Of a stretch of 64,000 nucleotides of DNA, positions 53,005 to 64,000 are shown piece after piece. Location: the NCBI GenBank assembly GCA_963709405.1, contig CAVPXM010000047.1, positions 46,623 to 110,622 on the forward strand, written 5' to 3'. Source of the stretch: an uncultured Nitrososphaerales archaeon. GTDB lineage: Archaea > Thermoproteota > Nitrososphaeria > Nitrososphaerales > Nitrososphaeraceae. How positions within the stretch are numbered: position 1 is the stretch's first letter; every line of letters starts with the position of its first letter. The notes under the pieces are model-generated. The model had not been told where the DNA came from. It did no database searches and worked only from the letters and a program-made list of their open reading frames with translations. A program made the position numbers and the translations under genes.

Positions 53005-54920
53005 TTATTTTGACAGAGCGAAGTCCTTTTTCTTGATAGACGCACGGCTGTAATCCATACCATCCCAAATTATGTCAAAGCCGAACTTTGTGATAATGTA
53101 TAAAAGACAAGATTCAGGAATACTATTATCAGCTAATATCCTATTTGCGTCGCTTAGTCTACGAGCATTATCAAATAAGCCTCTTAATTTTTCTATCTTC
53201 GTATCTAAGATTAAATATTTATCGGCAATCACGTATCTGCCAATATGATCACTATTTTGAACACTAGACCGAATAATTCTAAAAAGAATATCGAACTCGA
53301 TATTCCATTTCTCAGCTGAGCTCAGTAACTGAAATTACATCATTATGGTCTTTGTTTATCGTCTGCAAAAGATTACTCATAATCTCGGTGGAACCATTCA
53401 GTACCTAAATCTTTAGTTACTTCCTGATCTATAGATCTGAGGTAGTCAAGAATTGGTTTTAGCTGGATATCGTTATTCTTATAAAGTATAACTTTTTTAT
53501 CAGTTATAGAAGATATCAAGGCGTTCCATGCGCGAGTTTCAGCTAAATTAGACGACGATGATGCATAAACTTCATGGTTTATTGCGATCAAGAGATCGAT
53601 TTTATTACTCAGGTTTGTCTTTGCTAAATCGGTAATAGCCTTCAATTTATTTATTTTTCTTAGCAGATAATCTTTAGTCCAAAAGCCTATTATCTCCAAA
53701 TATATTTTTCGATCATATTTTTCAAAAATAAAATCTGGTATCAAGGCCTTACCATTGGCCAGTATCAGAGGATCTGGCTCCCGTGACAACTTCCAGTCAT
53801 TAATAGAACGAAGAAATTTGTTTGCAAATTTTTTCTCTACGTTACTGTCATAATAATCATGGTCCGAAAGATGCTGTTCTTTAGAATTGGCGTTGCTGAG
53901 GAGTGGTTCTGCAATTAAGTCAGGAGATGTCTCCTGCGACATATCGAATTGGTAGATCTTTTTCCCTGAGGACAAAGTTTTTCTCACAATCCACGCCTTT
54001 AATGACCATCCGTACGAAGATATTATGTATGGAACCAATTTCGATATAGCTGTACCATACCTATCAGTGAGCTTGAAAATGGTGAGCGGACCATCAATGG
54101 AGCAAATTATATCGCCATTAGATTCAGACTTCAGAGAATCATGATTGTAAATCTTATCCCCAGGCATACCTTCGGCGACAGAACTTTCATCAGCAGAACT
54201 ACGGCGCTCCAGATTGTACATTAGTCCGAGCCTTTTTACAGCTCTAAGGGCATGTTTCCAATTTATTCCGTCTCTCAATGAAAATTCAAGCTTTGTACAA
54301 TTAAACAAGAGCGTTTGAATTAGCGACAAATTATACCATGCAACTAGTTGTTCTGCGCTTATCCCATCGAATCTTTCCAGTATCAAATTTTCTTCCAGAT
54401 CACTCCACATAATCTTCGAAAGGTTCTCAACAGAAATGTTTATCTTGGAAGCTACAACATTGACAATTTCAGTCCTCTTGATATCTGTCAGCGGATATCC
54501 TCTTTCAGAAGCAGATTCAAATAACAACCTTCGAATGACGGAAGGTTCGACGTTCTTATTTTCAAATACGCTTCTAAAACTAGATTCTATGCTATTCTCT
54601 TTGCTTAATTTTTCGCCTGGTCCTTGGCCTTTGTCCTTCAATATATAATTATAGCCATAGGTACATCTTCGTTGTAACAGGGTATAAAAACCTCTAACCA
54701 GCTTGTAGTCGTCATACTCAGATTCAAGAAGTGCTACTTTTTTCATAAAAACTCCCTTCGGTTCTTTCTTTGATATCGAATCATTAAGTTCTTCAATCAT
54801 TTTCTTGGCCAGTTGGATAGAGGAGGCATCGAACCTATTGTCTGAAAGATGACAAAATAACGGAGTAATGTTCTTACCTTTATTGGTAACCTTAAATCGC
54901 AATAATTGAAGGGGTAACAT
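53005..54920 (-). CDS. DUF790 family (Bax1-like) endonuclease; frameshifts near 53403 and 53315
   Basis: MLPLQLLR, YNLSLIQTLL, IDGPLTIFKLTDRYG, YDSNVE, REPDPL, IPDF and LEIIGFWT motifs; the C-terminus continues into ORF 53005..53232. Confidence 0.88.
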
Positions 54921-55520
54921 CTACTAATTATAGAACCCCCTAGGTCTGACATAGAGTTCGCCAAAATGGCTACTGATACACGTATTACACTGAGGATGAT
55001 ATTCAGTTCGAGTCATGCCAAAGCAAAGCCCGCTATGCATATGATTAATAGACTTATTGAATTTTTGGTCTAATAACAATAATCATTTCCGTTAGATATA
55101 CTACTCTTTCGGCTAGTATACATGTTGTAAAATAAAATTGAGAACACTCAATTCTGAGAATAAAATCTTCATGCAATAGTTTGATTTACGACAACATTCA
55201 ATTATCAGTAGATGCAGCGTGGCTATCGTATTAAAGTTAAAATGCAGTATAAGCGACTTGAGCAGACTAGCTGAATATTTGCTTATAACTACATAATTAT
55301 TTTTGCGATGGTATTCTTGAATACTCCTTGTCGTCACGATATTCTTAAATTCAGTGCGAGTTATTTCACGAGTATGAACTACCAAAAATATAATATGCTC
55401 GTATTGAGATTAGCACCATTCCAAATCTAGATGGACGTTATAACCTGCTTTTTAACTCATTTATATGGCGTTTATTCAATTATTTTCCTTAATGGCCGTA
55501 CAATAGTCTGATGCATCTAA

Positions 55521-55742
55521 TTAATTTACCCAATAATTAAGTAACTTAAGATTGTAGTCAGTATGCGATTTTACTTGCCTGCGACGACCAGTGCGATGAT
55601 TATTAATCGAGAGATTTTTATGTTTCAACTTGTCGAATTTGTTTTGAGAATCTATCTCTTCCAGTGTCCTCAGAATTTTACATACCGAATGGGTCTGAAG
55701 GAAAGATTCAAGTATCCTTGCCATCGTGTGTTCCTCTTGCAC
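55521..55742 (-). CDS. Small hypothetical protein (uncertain)
   Basis: MARILESFLQTHSVCKILRTLEEID amphipathic helix; TATA-rich upstream region. Confidence 0.35.
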   Translation of the reverse strand: MQEEHTMARILESFLQTHSVCKILRTLEEIDSQNKFDKLKHKNLSINNHRTGRRRQVKSHTDYNLKLLNYWVN

Positions 55743-56050
55743 TTTTGTTACTGTACAATAGTAAATTTATTTATGGGTTACGCTATTTATTATATATAGT
55801 AAATACAATAAACGTCATACAGCATTGTATTAATGTAGATTCATATAGAAAGATTATGCACATTACAAAAGTTCGAGTGTATAAGCGATTTACGATACAA
55901 ATTTTGGTCATTCTGTGCTCATAAGTGCTTTGATGAAAAAATTAATTTGATTGGAATTATAATTGAAATAAACAAAGCTGAACCAATAGCTTATAATACC
56001 ATGCGAAATGGTTCATTTCAGAAGCAGGAATGTCTTAAGATTATTAGTTT

Positions 56051-56074
56051 AAGAGGCGCTAAAGTGCCTTTTTT
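56051..56074 (+). terminator. Hairpin followed by an oligo-T tract
   Basis: AAGAGGCGC-TAAA-GTGCCTTTTTT. Confidence 0.5.
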
Positions 56075-57189
56075 CTGAACTCATGTCATTCTAAGGAATG
56101 CATAAGGGACAATTTCGTTTACAGAACAATCACATAGAACATAAGGACACTTTATAAAACATCAATATGTCATGATTAATTGGATTTAAGTCATATTGTT
56201 TTTTGGTAGTGATCATATTTCAAATCTATATAGTGAAATTAGTAAGGCTTAAGTATTGCGTCACCCATCGACTAGCGCCTACACGGTGTCATGGTGGTCT
56301 GCATTCCGAAAAGTCCATGTAACGGGTGGGTTCATGCAACTGGAGCTATGACTTCGGCTTAACTGTGGTGGTGAGGTTGAGGTCGTGGCTCCCTTCCTTT
56401 TCGTTTGGTTTTCTAAAAAGCAAAAGATTTTTTTCCTCAAAAACAAAAAACTATTTAAGTATATGCGGTGTATATAGTACCTATAGATTAAGTCCGAACG
56501 CGTGACAACGGCTGGTCATTAGTTATTACAGTCCTTCACTCATCAAAGTTTTTTCATTCATAGCCGTTGCCACTCAGTCTAATTTAATTTAAATTTTATA
56601 CATTTAGTTTAAATCTAATTAGGAGACAAAATTTCGAAAAATTGGTTATTAATACGAATCCCATACGTTAATTTGGGATTTCGAAATGAACAATGTTAGA
56701 AAATCGTGTAAAATGGAGTATATTCCCTTTTGAGACCATTGTGATTGCAAAACCGATTTGACAAATATATTTGGATGAAACAATAAAGGAAAAACATTAT
56801 AAAATTAGATCATGGGCTTGCATCTAATGGATTGTATAATAAGAATTGCTTATTAAGACCCGTTTGCGAATGGAGATATCCAAATCTGCCGTTCGTGACA
56901 AGAAAGCATTTCTCCGGCTGCATAACTTACATTGAAAGTGTATTATATCATATCTCTTCAGCTGGTACAAAATGGGCTAGAGAGTTTACAGATTGATCAA
57001 GGTCACGCAACCACTGAAGCAATGCCCGCTTTGTTTGTAATAGCGTTGTTGTTGTTGGTATCGTTGGCTGTTGTTGCTTTGCTATTTCTCCCACGGCGAT
57101 CGTATCACAAAGTAATCCTACTTGTTTTTGAGTAATTTATATCTAAAATTTGCGGGTATGTCAAGCACTTCTTACCGTCTGACCAATGG

Positions 57190-57531
57190 TTACACTTTTT
57201 GATATGTTGCATTCTCTTCCTTTTCTAGGTGTCCGACATTAACGAAAGCCAATGCCTTGTTAATGTCCGCGACCTTCCACAATCGAAAGCTAGATACTTG
57301 CTGTTGAACCATGTCAGTGCTAATTCACTACTTTAAGACAAGAACGCCGTGACGATCTAGCAATGTAACCTCGTGGTGTTGCAGTACATCTTCGCTTATC
57401 CTAACCAGCATAGTAGTTTTGACTGAATGATACATATCTGCCTGTAGTAAATAATTAAGGAGAACAGTCTCGTGGCCGTCATATACGATACTTATCTCTA
57501 TAATACCACCGATTATCGACACAAAGCACAA
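57190..57531 (-). pseudogene. Possible class II aldolase remnant
   Basis: VTLLDRHGVLVL and DINKALAFVNVGHLE resemble the class II aldolase LLxNHGV and AFxxxExLE region; interrupted by stops. Confidence 0.3.
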
Positions 57532-57699
57532 TGTGATCTTGATACTAAAAAAGAGATAAACCTTCTACGACTTAAGAGATAATATACCACAAAAACTAGG
57601 CTTTGATACAACTAATGAAAGTGGCGATATAGAAGCAGGCAATATTGTGATAGTATTGGAATAAGTGAATGCTACGAGTCCGACACCCACAACCTCGAC

Positions 57700-57891
57700 C
57701 GAGAAGTCCTGCAGTATCGGGTAATAGGCTTCCTTGCTAGCGCTATAGCTTTTGCAGTCATTGACTTAGCCGTCGATCTAGTACATATACGTACCGCACT
57801 CTTGGTCACTATAATAGCATCCTCAATGTTCGCAATCGTGGCATTTATCAAGTCTGCGTTTTCTAAGAAAAATCTCTGTTTAGAATCATAG
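57700..57891 (+). pseudogene. Remnant of a membrane transporter C-terminus (MFS-like)
   Basis: YRVIGFLASAIAFAVIDLAVDLVHIRTALLVTIIASSMFAIVAFI: two TM helices with no clear start. Confidence 0.3.
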
Positions 57892-58074
57892 AAGGTTTTT
57901 TTCCTTTAGATTTTTTTAAACAGAATTTATTTCTTATAAAAATATGTGTATATGAAATCTATATGAGAGTTATTATTTGATCTAATTCTAATACAACTGT
58001 GCAATCCACTGTTATAGTATTTGTATCTAGAAGAAATCTGCGGAAGATAGATTTGGGACATAGGATTTTCACGC

Positions 58075-58480
58075 TCAATTGAGCACGAAATACGTTAAGT
58101 ATTGTGCATTTTAGATGAAGTTCCTTGTCGGTGGTATTCTGGATTTGATCAGGCTTCTCTTTTCTCCTCTGAACTCTTCAGGTAACACGAAAGTTGAACT
58201 AGAAACTCCCCAAGAGGTCTCCTGCTTCTGGTTATCAGCTTAAAACCTGATGATGCTGTTGGAAGATGGACTGGGTATTAGAGCATCCTTGTGTTCTTCA
58301 AAGTATGTCCTTACCTTATGGGATTTGTAATGCGGAGGGGCCTTATCCAAGAATAAGTAACATTTTGGGAATTTGTGATGTATCAGCTCTAGGTGACTAA
58401 TAACCGTAATGTACTGCATCGCCATAAGTGACAAGTAATGTTTGCCGGCAGTGTCCATATTGATAATGGCCGCTAGCATC
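58075..58480 (-). mobile_element. IS630-family transposase remnant (C-terminal DDE part)
   Basis: KFPKCYLFLDKAPPHYKSHKVRTYFEEHKDALIP matches the IS630 DNAxxH region; degenerate downstream. Confidence 0.75.
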
Positions 58481-58756
58481 CACTTCTATGAATAACCAGA
58501 GCCAAAACAAGGGCAATTAGTTAGTTCGATTAATAGTAAGTTAGAAGATACAGATTCATTACTTGTACCACTATTAGGATTACCTACTTTATTTTTCCTT
58601 TCCTTTCTAGTTTCCTAACCGCCCTTTTGTGACTTCCCAATTCTCCAGTCTGGTGGTTCGTCTTCAGACGTTACTAAAGAATAAGATATGTCGTAGGACT
58701 GCCTGCAAATTATGTGAACGCAAAGAAATATACTGCATTATAATATAGTAATAATT

Positions 58757-59540
58757 TTATTGTTCTATATCACTAGTACGAATAAAGTTCATTGATCCTC
58801 CAGGAACTGAAGTAGTTCTGGCTCTCGTTAACTTCATTGTTGCTTTAGATAGCTCAGATGATGGTATAACAAATGCGTTTCGTGCGGCCTTGATTATATC
58901 CATAACTTTCAACATATTTTCTACTATTTTTTGTTCGTTACCATCATTGCTATTATTATGCAAATCATGGAAATGGTGATGCATATCTTCAGGCCAATAA
59001 AAAGGCTTTTCTATTTGAACCCATTTTCCGGGCTTAAACCAGGAAACACCATTCAGATCACTTCTTTGAATTTCACCAAGTTGAATGGATTCATGTGCAT
59101 TAAACCAATCTTCAATCCTATCATCTACCCATCCGGTGAGCCTACAAAATAAAATATTTACATGTGAGGAATAAGATTCGCCCAGATAATCATATTTAGG
59201 ATCATCCCACATCGGATCAAAATCAAATGTATCTCTTTGTTTTAAAACCCCAGTTTTTGGATCTGGTAATATTGTACCATTATAATTTGCCCATCTATTA
59301 TGCATCGAATTATGAATAGTGAATTCGATCAAATTTCCTAAAGCACCAAGTGAAAGTGTACCTAGAATTGTAGTGGTGGAGAATATTATGGCTATAGATA
59401 TCATTACAGTATAAAAGAATTCTGAAGATTTTGTGAAATCAATCATGTTGTTATTTTCCTCTTTGCGATCAAATGGGGGAAGAGGTGCCAGGTTTCCAGA
59501 TTCTGATGCGTTAAACTGAAAAACTTTTTTTCCCGTATTT
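58757..59540 (-). pseudogene. C-terminal fragment of a PvdP-like type-3 copper tyrosinase
   Basis: LSLGALGNLIEFTIHNSMHNRWA, DPKYDYLGESYSSHVNILFCRLTGWVDDRIEDWFNAHE and WFKPGKWV; no N-terminal half. Confidence 0.65.
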
Positions 59541-59542
59541 TG

Positions 59543-60108
59543 CTAGTATAACTCAATTCCTTTCACTATAGGCTGTGTCACAAAGAATGGGGAAGCAACT
59601 ATTTTTCTAAATACCTCGACAGTTTTGTGCGAAGAATCTAATTTGAGGTTTATCATTCCGTTTCGTCCAGGCACACATATAATAGTACAATCATTTCACT
59701 CCTCGTTCCAGTACCTTATGGCTTTGATACGTGAATATCTATCACTTGCAATTGATTTTAATGCATCATGGATCCAAGCAGTCTTATTCCCTTGCGGAGG
59801 ACCCTCTAGAACACCAAATCCGAAAATGGCAAGTGGTTTTTTAAGAGAGATAGCTGCAAGTTGAGGATATGCAGCATCAAGTGAACCAGTGAAAGAATCC
59901 CATGTGGTTCCTCGATCACATGCCCCATAAACTCTAATTCCGATCCAATCAATATAATTATCTCCAGGATAATAATTTATAATGTTGTTCCATGGTTGAT
60001 GTAGCTCAGGTCAATCTCCGGTTGCTTGTGGTGGATAAACATGAAAACACCAGGTAATATTTCTTACACCTTCCTTTCTAAACAAATCGATAATGTGCCT
60101 ATACTCCA
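59543..60108 (-). pseudogene. GH26 (beta-mannanase-like) glycoside hydrolase C-terminal remnant
   Basis: YRHIIDLFRKEGVRNITWCFH, NYYPGDNYIDWIG, KPLAIFGFGV, KTAWI and RIKAIRYWNE; two in-frame TGA; absent from the ORF track. Confidence 0.8.
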
Positions 60109-60447
60109 TTCAAAGCTCCCTGTATTATTTCGTTATGATACCATTGGGTAGAGTTTGTTTGCTTAATCGCCTTGGCTGGGGTATATAGACTGAATTTCTG
60201 TAATATTTGTGGTTGTAAGGCGTCGATGTAATTGCCTTATTTTTCTATGCGGTTAGATTGTTCAACAGTTAATAATTGTTTATTGAAACTTTCTTGATCT
60301 TTGATATTAGCACATATGATAGGACTCTTCAAATTAAGAAGATAAGACTGCAAGTGACAGGAGAATTATAATTAATATTGAACTGACAACTATCAGTCTT
60401 TTCTTGTCAATTAGACCCCGCATCTTCGATAGCGGAGTAACAGAAAT

Positions 60448-61104
60448 TTATGATTTTGTAGCTGATCCGCCTTTTAATTGCACCACAACATTGTATACCG
60501 CAGTCAAATTATAGGTAGGATAATAAAGGTAAACATATAGAAGATAATACCCTGAACTAGCTGTGTGTGGCATAACAAAGTTGCCGAAACCTCCTGTGTA
60601 ATTTCCTAGGTTGATTGGAGTACCGAATTGTATATCGCTCTCAGGATCAACATCTGCGACATCCGTGTGAGGCGGGGGAAAGGCAGAAGTTATCGGAACC
60701 AGTTTTACAGCCACTTTACTGCTACATTATGTCTGCGTCTGTGCTCGAATCGATAATGAACTTCTCACCGGTCACAAAGGTCGAATTCGCTGTAGATAAT
60801 TCATAATCTGGATTAGATACCGCAAGATTCTGTCGTGTACCTAAATTATTACCTAGAATTATAAATTGTTCATCAAATTGGTCATCTAGTGTTGAATTAT
60901 TATGGTCAGATAATATAATGCTTATATCATCTGGAGGGTCTAAAATATTAGTAGTACCCTTAAGCGCTGCAGTTGAGATACCCTAGAATTATCCCGACTT
61001 GATTTAGCATACAAGTATCGGTCATTGAAAAGATGTAAGCTTGGACCCACAACAAGAAGCAATATTAGACACATTGGCATAAATATGACAAATCTCTTTT
61101 TCAT
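60448..61104 (-). pseudogene. Disrupted secreted or surface beta-rich protein
   Basis: Signal-like MKKRFVIFMPMCLILLLVVGP; frameshift near 60980; in-frame TAG near 60723; Ig-like C-terminus GYYLLYVYLYY. Confidence 0.5.
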
Positions 61105-61499
61105 TGAAACTAGTGAGACCTACAAGTATATTAATCTGATCAAGTAATGGTGAGTAAAATTATTAAACAAGCACTCACAGTTGATCTAAACTCGTTTGAT
61201 AACGCTTACCGAATCGGTTTAAAAGCCAAGAGAATTTTTTTTGACTTTAGACGTCCTATTTTTAGTAACTATTTTTAGTAACTCTTATTTTTTTCTATCT
61301 TTACTGTTTTTAGTAAAGCATTTTTTGGAATTTATTATTGCAAATACTATATCTCTGGTTGATAAACACAGCAGTTGGAATACTAAATTAAATAAAATTA
61401 ATTCGATAATTCATAATCCTGATTAGTCCTGATTAGATATGATATTATTATCATGTTTAATTTTAGCTACCTTTTCTATATTTGTTGGCTATAACTTGT

Positions 61500-61944
61500 C
61501 CAAAATATTCAGGTTTTGGATATTTTGATATAAACAGATCATTATGTTTCTTACCTCAGAATATTTTCTTATTATATTAATTTCAGAAGAACTCTGGATA
61601 ATATTTAACTTCATCTCATTCTTGCTTTGCTTTATTTTCTCTTATCATAATGGAACGATGACGTTGACATGCTCTATCAATAAATAATTCATGGGTCATT
61701 TAAAGCGAGTCAGTAATAGTCACAATTGTTTTGATTATAACTTGGGTTGATATCTTCAAGCGAACCAAAAGACTCATGTATGAAGATGGATTTATTTGCA
61801 ACTGCAAGAGTGAATCCTTTAGGTAGATGTTTTATTATCATGCTTCTTGCATTTTTCGAAAGATGGTTTTATCCTCTTTTAATTCATCATTAACAAATTT
61901 CATCCTTGATATTTTACGACTGAAATCCCATCTATGTAAACGCT
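61500..61944 (-). mobile_element. Second IS630-family transposase remnant (central part)
   Basis: RLHRWDFSRKISRMKFVN, KHLPKGFTLAVANKSIFIHES (decayed DES) and IVTITDS segments. Confidence 0.6.
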
Positions 61945-62775
61945 GCTCTGTTGCACGATTTGCTATGTTATAAGTGATACTTATTTGATATTTGAGCACT
62001 TCGGATTTAACTTGCTGATGCTATCTTTCTAGTATGATTGACTGGCCTTCACATAATCAATCACCCAGTAAGACGTGGTCGGGTACTCTTGGATTTTGAT
62101 ATACTTGATGGATGTGATCATGAATTATCTCAAATGGATCATGGTAAGATTGGTGAACAATATGATCATCCGGATTCATTTATGGAGCTTCTAGGTTATA
62201 TGAGAGTATATTTCCATCTACCATATAGACAGACACACAGGGTGTTGTTGCCATAGCTCATGCAGACGAAGGTACCATGCATACCAGATTACGGTACAAT
62301 TAGTAGACGTGTAAACAGACTAGATATCAAAATCAATGAAAATTGGGCAATGATATTGTCATTGCCTTAGATAGATATTGTCATTGCCTTAGATAGCACT
62401 GGTATTAAAGGAGCTAATCGGGAGAATGGATGCGGCATAAATGGCATGTTAGAAAGGGATATCTAAAGATACACTTAGCAGTTGACATCAAGAAGAAAAG
62501 AATCCTATCTCTGGAGGTAACAAGTGAAGAGGTACATGATGGCAGAGTGTTAAATAAGCAAGTGGATAATGCTTCTGCTGCTGGAGATAATCATGTAAAA
62601 GGTGTATTAGCTGATGGTATGTATTATAGTAATAACAACTTTAGATATCTATCAAGCAACCACATTAAACCTTGTATAAGAAAGATAAGAAGGAATTCAA
62701 AGGTGAGACCGACCGACTAATTGTCAAGCGAGAAATACGTCTGTAATAAGACAACAGACAAATTTCAAAAGATGT
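61945..62775 (+). mobile_element. IS5-family (IS903 group) element, 3'-truncated pseudogene
   Basis: Left end GCTCTGTTGCA resembles the IS903 terminal repeat; ATG at 62034; HLPYRQT, PDYGTISRR, LDSTGIK, GYLKIHLAVD, EEVHD and LADG motifs; frameshifted. Confidence 0.88.
62352..62395 (+). repeat. 22-bp perfect tandem duplication inside the IS5 transposase
   Basis: GATATTGTCATTGCCTTAGATA twice in tandem. Confidence 0.95.
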
Positions 62776-62904
62776 ATACTTTTGTGGAAGGCCTATAACG
62801 TGGTTAAACCCAGAAATATTTTCTGGATTGCCCAAATCATAGAAGGGTAAATCTTTTAGTAGTTCAAACTCCTGTATGCTGCCGCTATCTAACTGCTGCT
62901 CTTA

Positions 62905-63330
62905 CTTATCTAGCAGTTTGTTTAAGTTCTGTAGTGTCATCTATCAATACTTCGGTATTTTGAGGCTCTATGATTCTCAACAAATCTGATTGCTCTATCA
63001 ACCACTGTACCAGAAGATAGTAAATCAAACTTCATGGCATAACATTCCTTAACTAATGTTAGGGCTTGCATTCTTTCTCTCTGTCTGAGTCTGAATCTAT
63101 TGACATGGCCCAAGCATCTTTCATGATATTGTTCAATCCATCCAGGCAGTTTTCATATTCGGCTGGCAGGTATTCATCGATATACTTCTTGATATTCTCT
63201 TTAGCCTTCAGTCTAAGATATGCCAAGTCCTTTTCAATCAGACCTAATGATACCTGTAGTTCTGCTGCAATATCTCTTGAATATAACCTTTGATAGAATA
63301 TTCTGTTACTTTCTCTCTACGCCATTGGAT
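62905..63330 (-). pseudogene. HTH-containing hypothetical protein, disrupted
   Basis: YSRDIAAELQVSLGLIEKDLAYLR (HTH), LPAEYENCLDGLNNIMKEAW, QALTLVKECYAMKFDLL and DRAIRFV; frameshifts; absent from the ORF track on this strand. Confidence 0.6.
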
Positions 63331-64000
63331 TCTATCTACAGTTTTGCTACTCAAATGTACACCTCTGTTAATACCTATAGTCGTCGTTATTATCGTTTCT
63401 TCTAACTATTGTTCGGTTATGATCGGATGAGAGTCTGTTAATGGTATTTCTGACCTGATTATGGTGGCACCTGAGTTAATCAAAAACTGGTCAGAACTAG
63501 GTTCTGGGGACTGTATTGGCATACTCATCCTAAACGATCATGCCTTTGCCTTTATCCTCATTTATTGTAAATATTAACGGCTGGCCATTATCTTGTTTGT
63601 TTACGGCTCGCCTTTAGGCCCATGCCATTGCCACATATCGGCTGGCGGGTATTGTTCATATTGGTAACGCCTGTTAAATCGATAACCTTATCATGCTTGT
63701 TACTGACATTCAGTCTTTTCCTTTTCTGCTGTTGTTTATTCCTACGATACACTTGACTTGATTCTTCGTAATATTCTACTACACTCGGTGCTTAGAATTA
63801 TACAAACAAATGGTCATAGGATTTACCAGATCGAAATAAGGAGAGCAAGCATATGTCAAGGTAGGACTTAGATATGATGGCGAGTTGCAAGACGAACTAT
63901 ATAGAGATTGGTTACGTGCAACTTCAGCGGATGGACTATCCAACTATACGAATCATAAGGAAAAGGAAATGAATCAGTTGCAAGTGGTTCAGGTAAATAA

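Noticed and set aside
59543-61104. In-frame TGA and TAG codons as selenocysteine or pyrrolysine recoding
   Set aside because: They come with truncation, frameshift and loss of a catalytic residue; no recoding machinery is present in the window
63480-64000. Possible coding remnants at the window end
   Set aside because: Short interrupted frames with no motif that I could support

Overview
Chromosomal segment of an archaeon, most consistent with a soil ammonia-oxidiser (Thaumarchaeota/Nitrososphaerales): rpoA and rpoB are each unsplit, atpF and rps11 stand alone, and the hypothetical proteins and IS remnants look thaumarchaeal. Bases 1 to about 55,000 are dense core genome: the RNA polymerase operon (rpoH-rpoB-rpoA-rpl30e-nusA), tbp, trmI, folP, a debranching-type glycosidase, rps11, thiL, two phosphohexomutases, argH, sdhACDB, hisS, archease, aIF5B-ndk-rpl24e-rps28e-rpl7ae, purU, Lsm-rpl37e, rpiA, a sugar-modification cluster, ilvE, alba and DUF790/Bax1, plus four tRNAs. 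About 15 core genes are split by short indels, mostly single-base insertions, which are almost certainly long-read errors. Bases of about 55,000 to 64,000 are an AT-rich decayed accessory region with IS630 and IS5 remnants and fragments of a PvdP-like tyrosinase, a GH26 hydrolase and other genes. Main observations: (1) a four-HEAT-repeat protein with two His-Glu motifs that looks like half of eukaryotic deoxyhypusine hydroxylase; (2) tRNA-Leu(TAG) with two introns and tRNA-Gln(TTG) with a 10/11 intron; (3) an unannotated 38-aa B-box-like zinc finger; (4) a perfect palindrome around the putative TATA box of the RNAP operon; (5) a k-turn over the rpl7ae ribosome-binding site; (6) Alba with a PQ/AQ repeat tail; (7) candidate small RNAs. 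All family calls come from motif recognition by eye; no database search was run.
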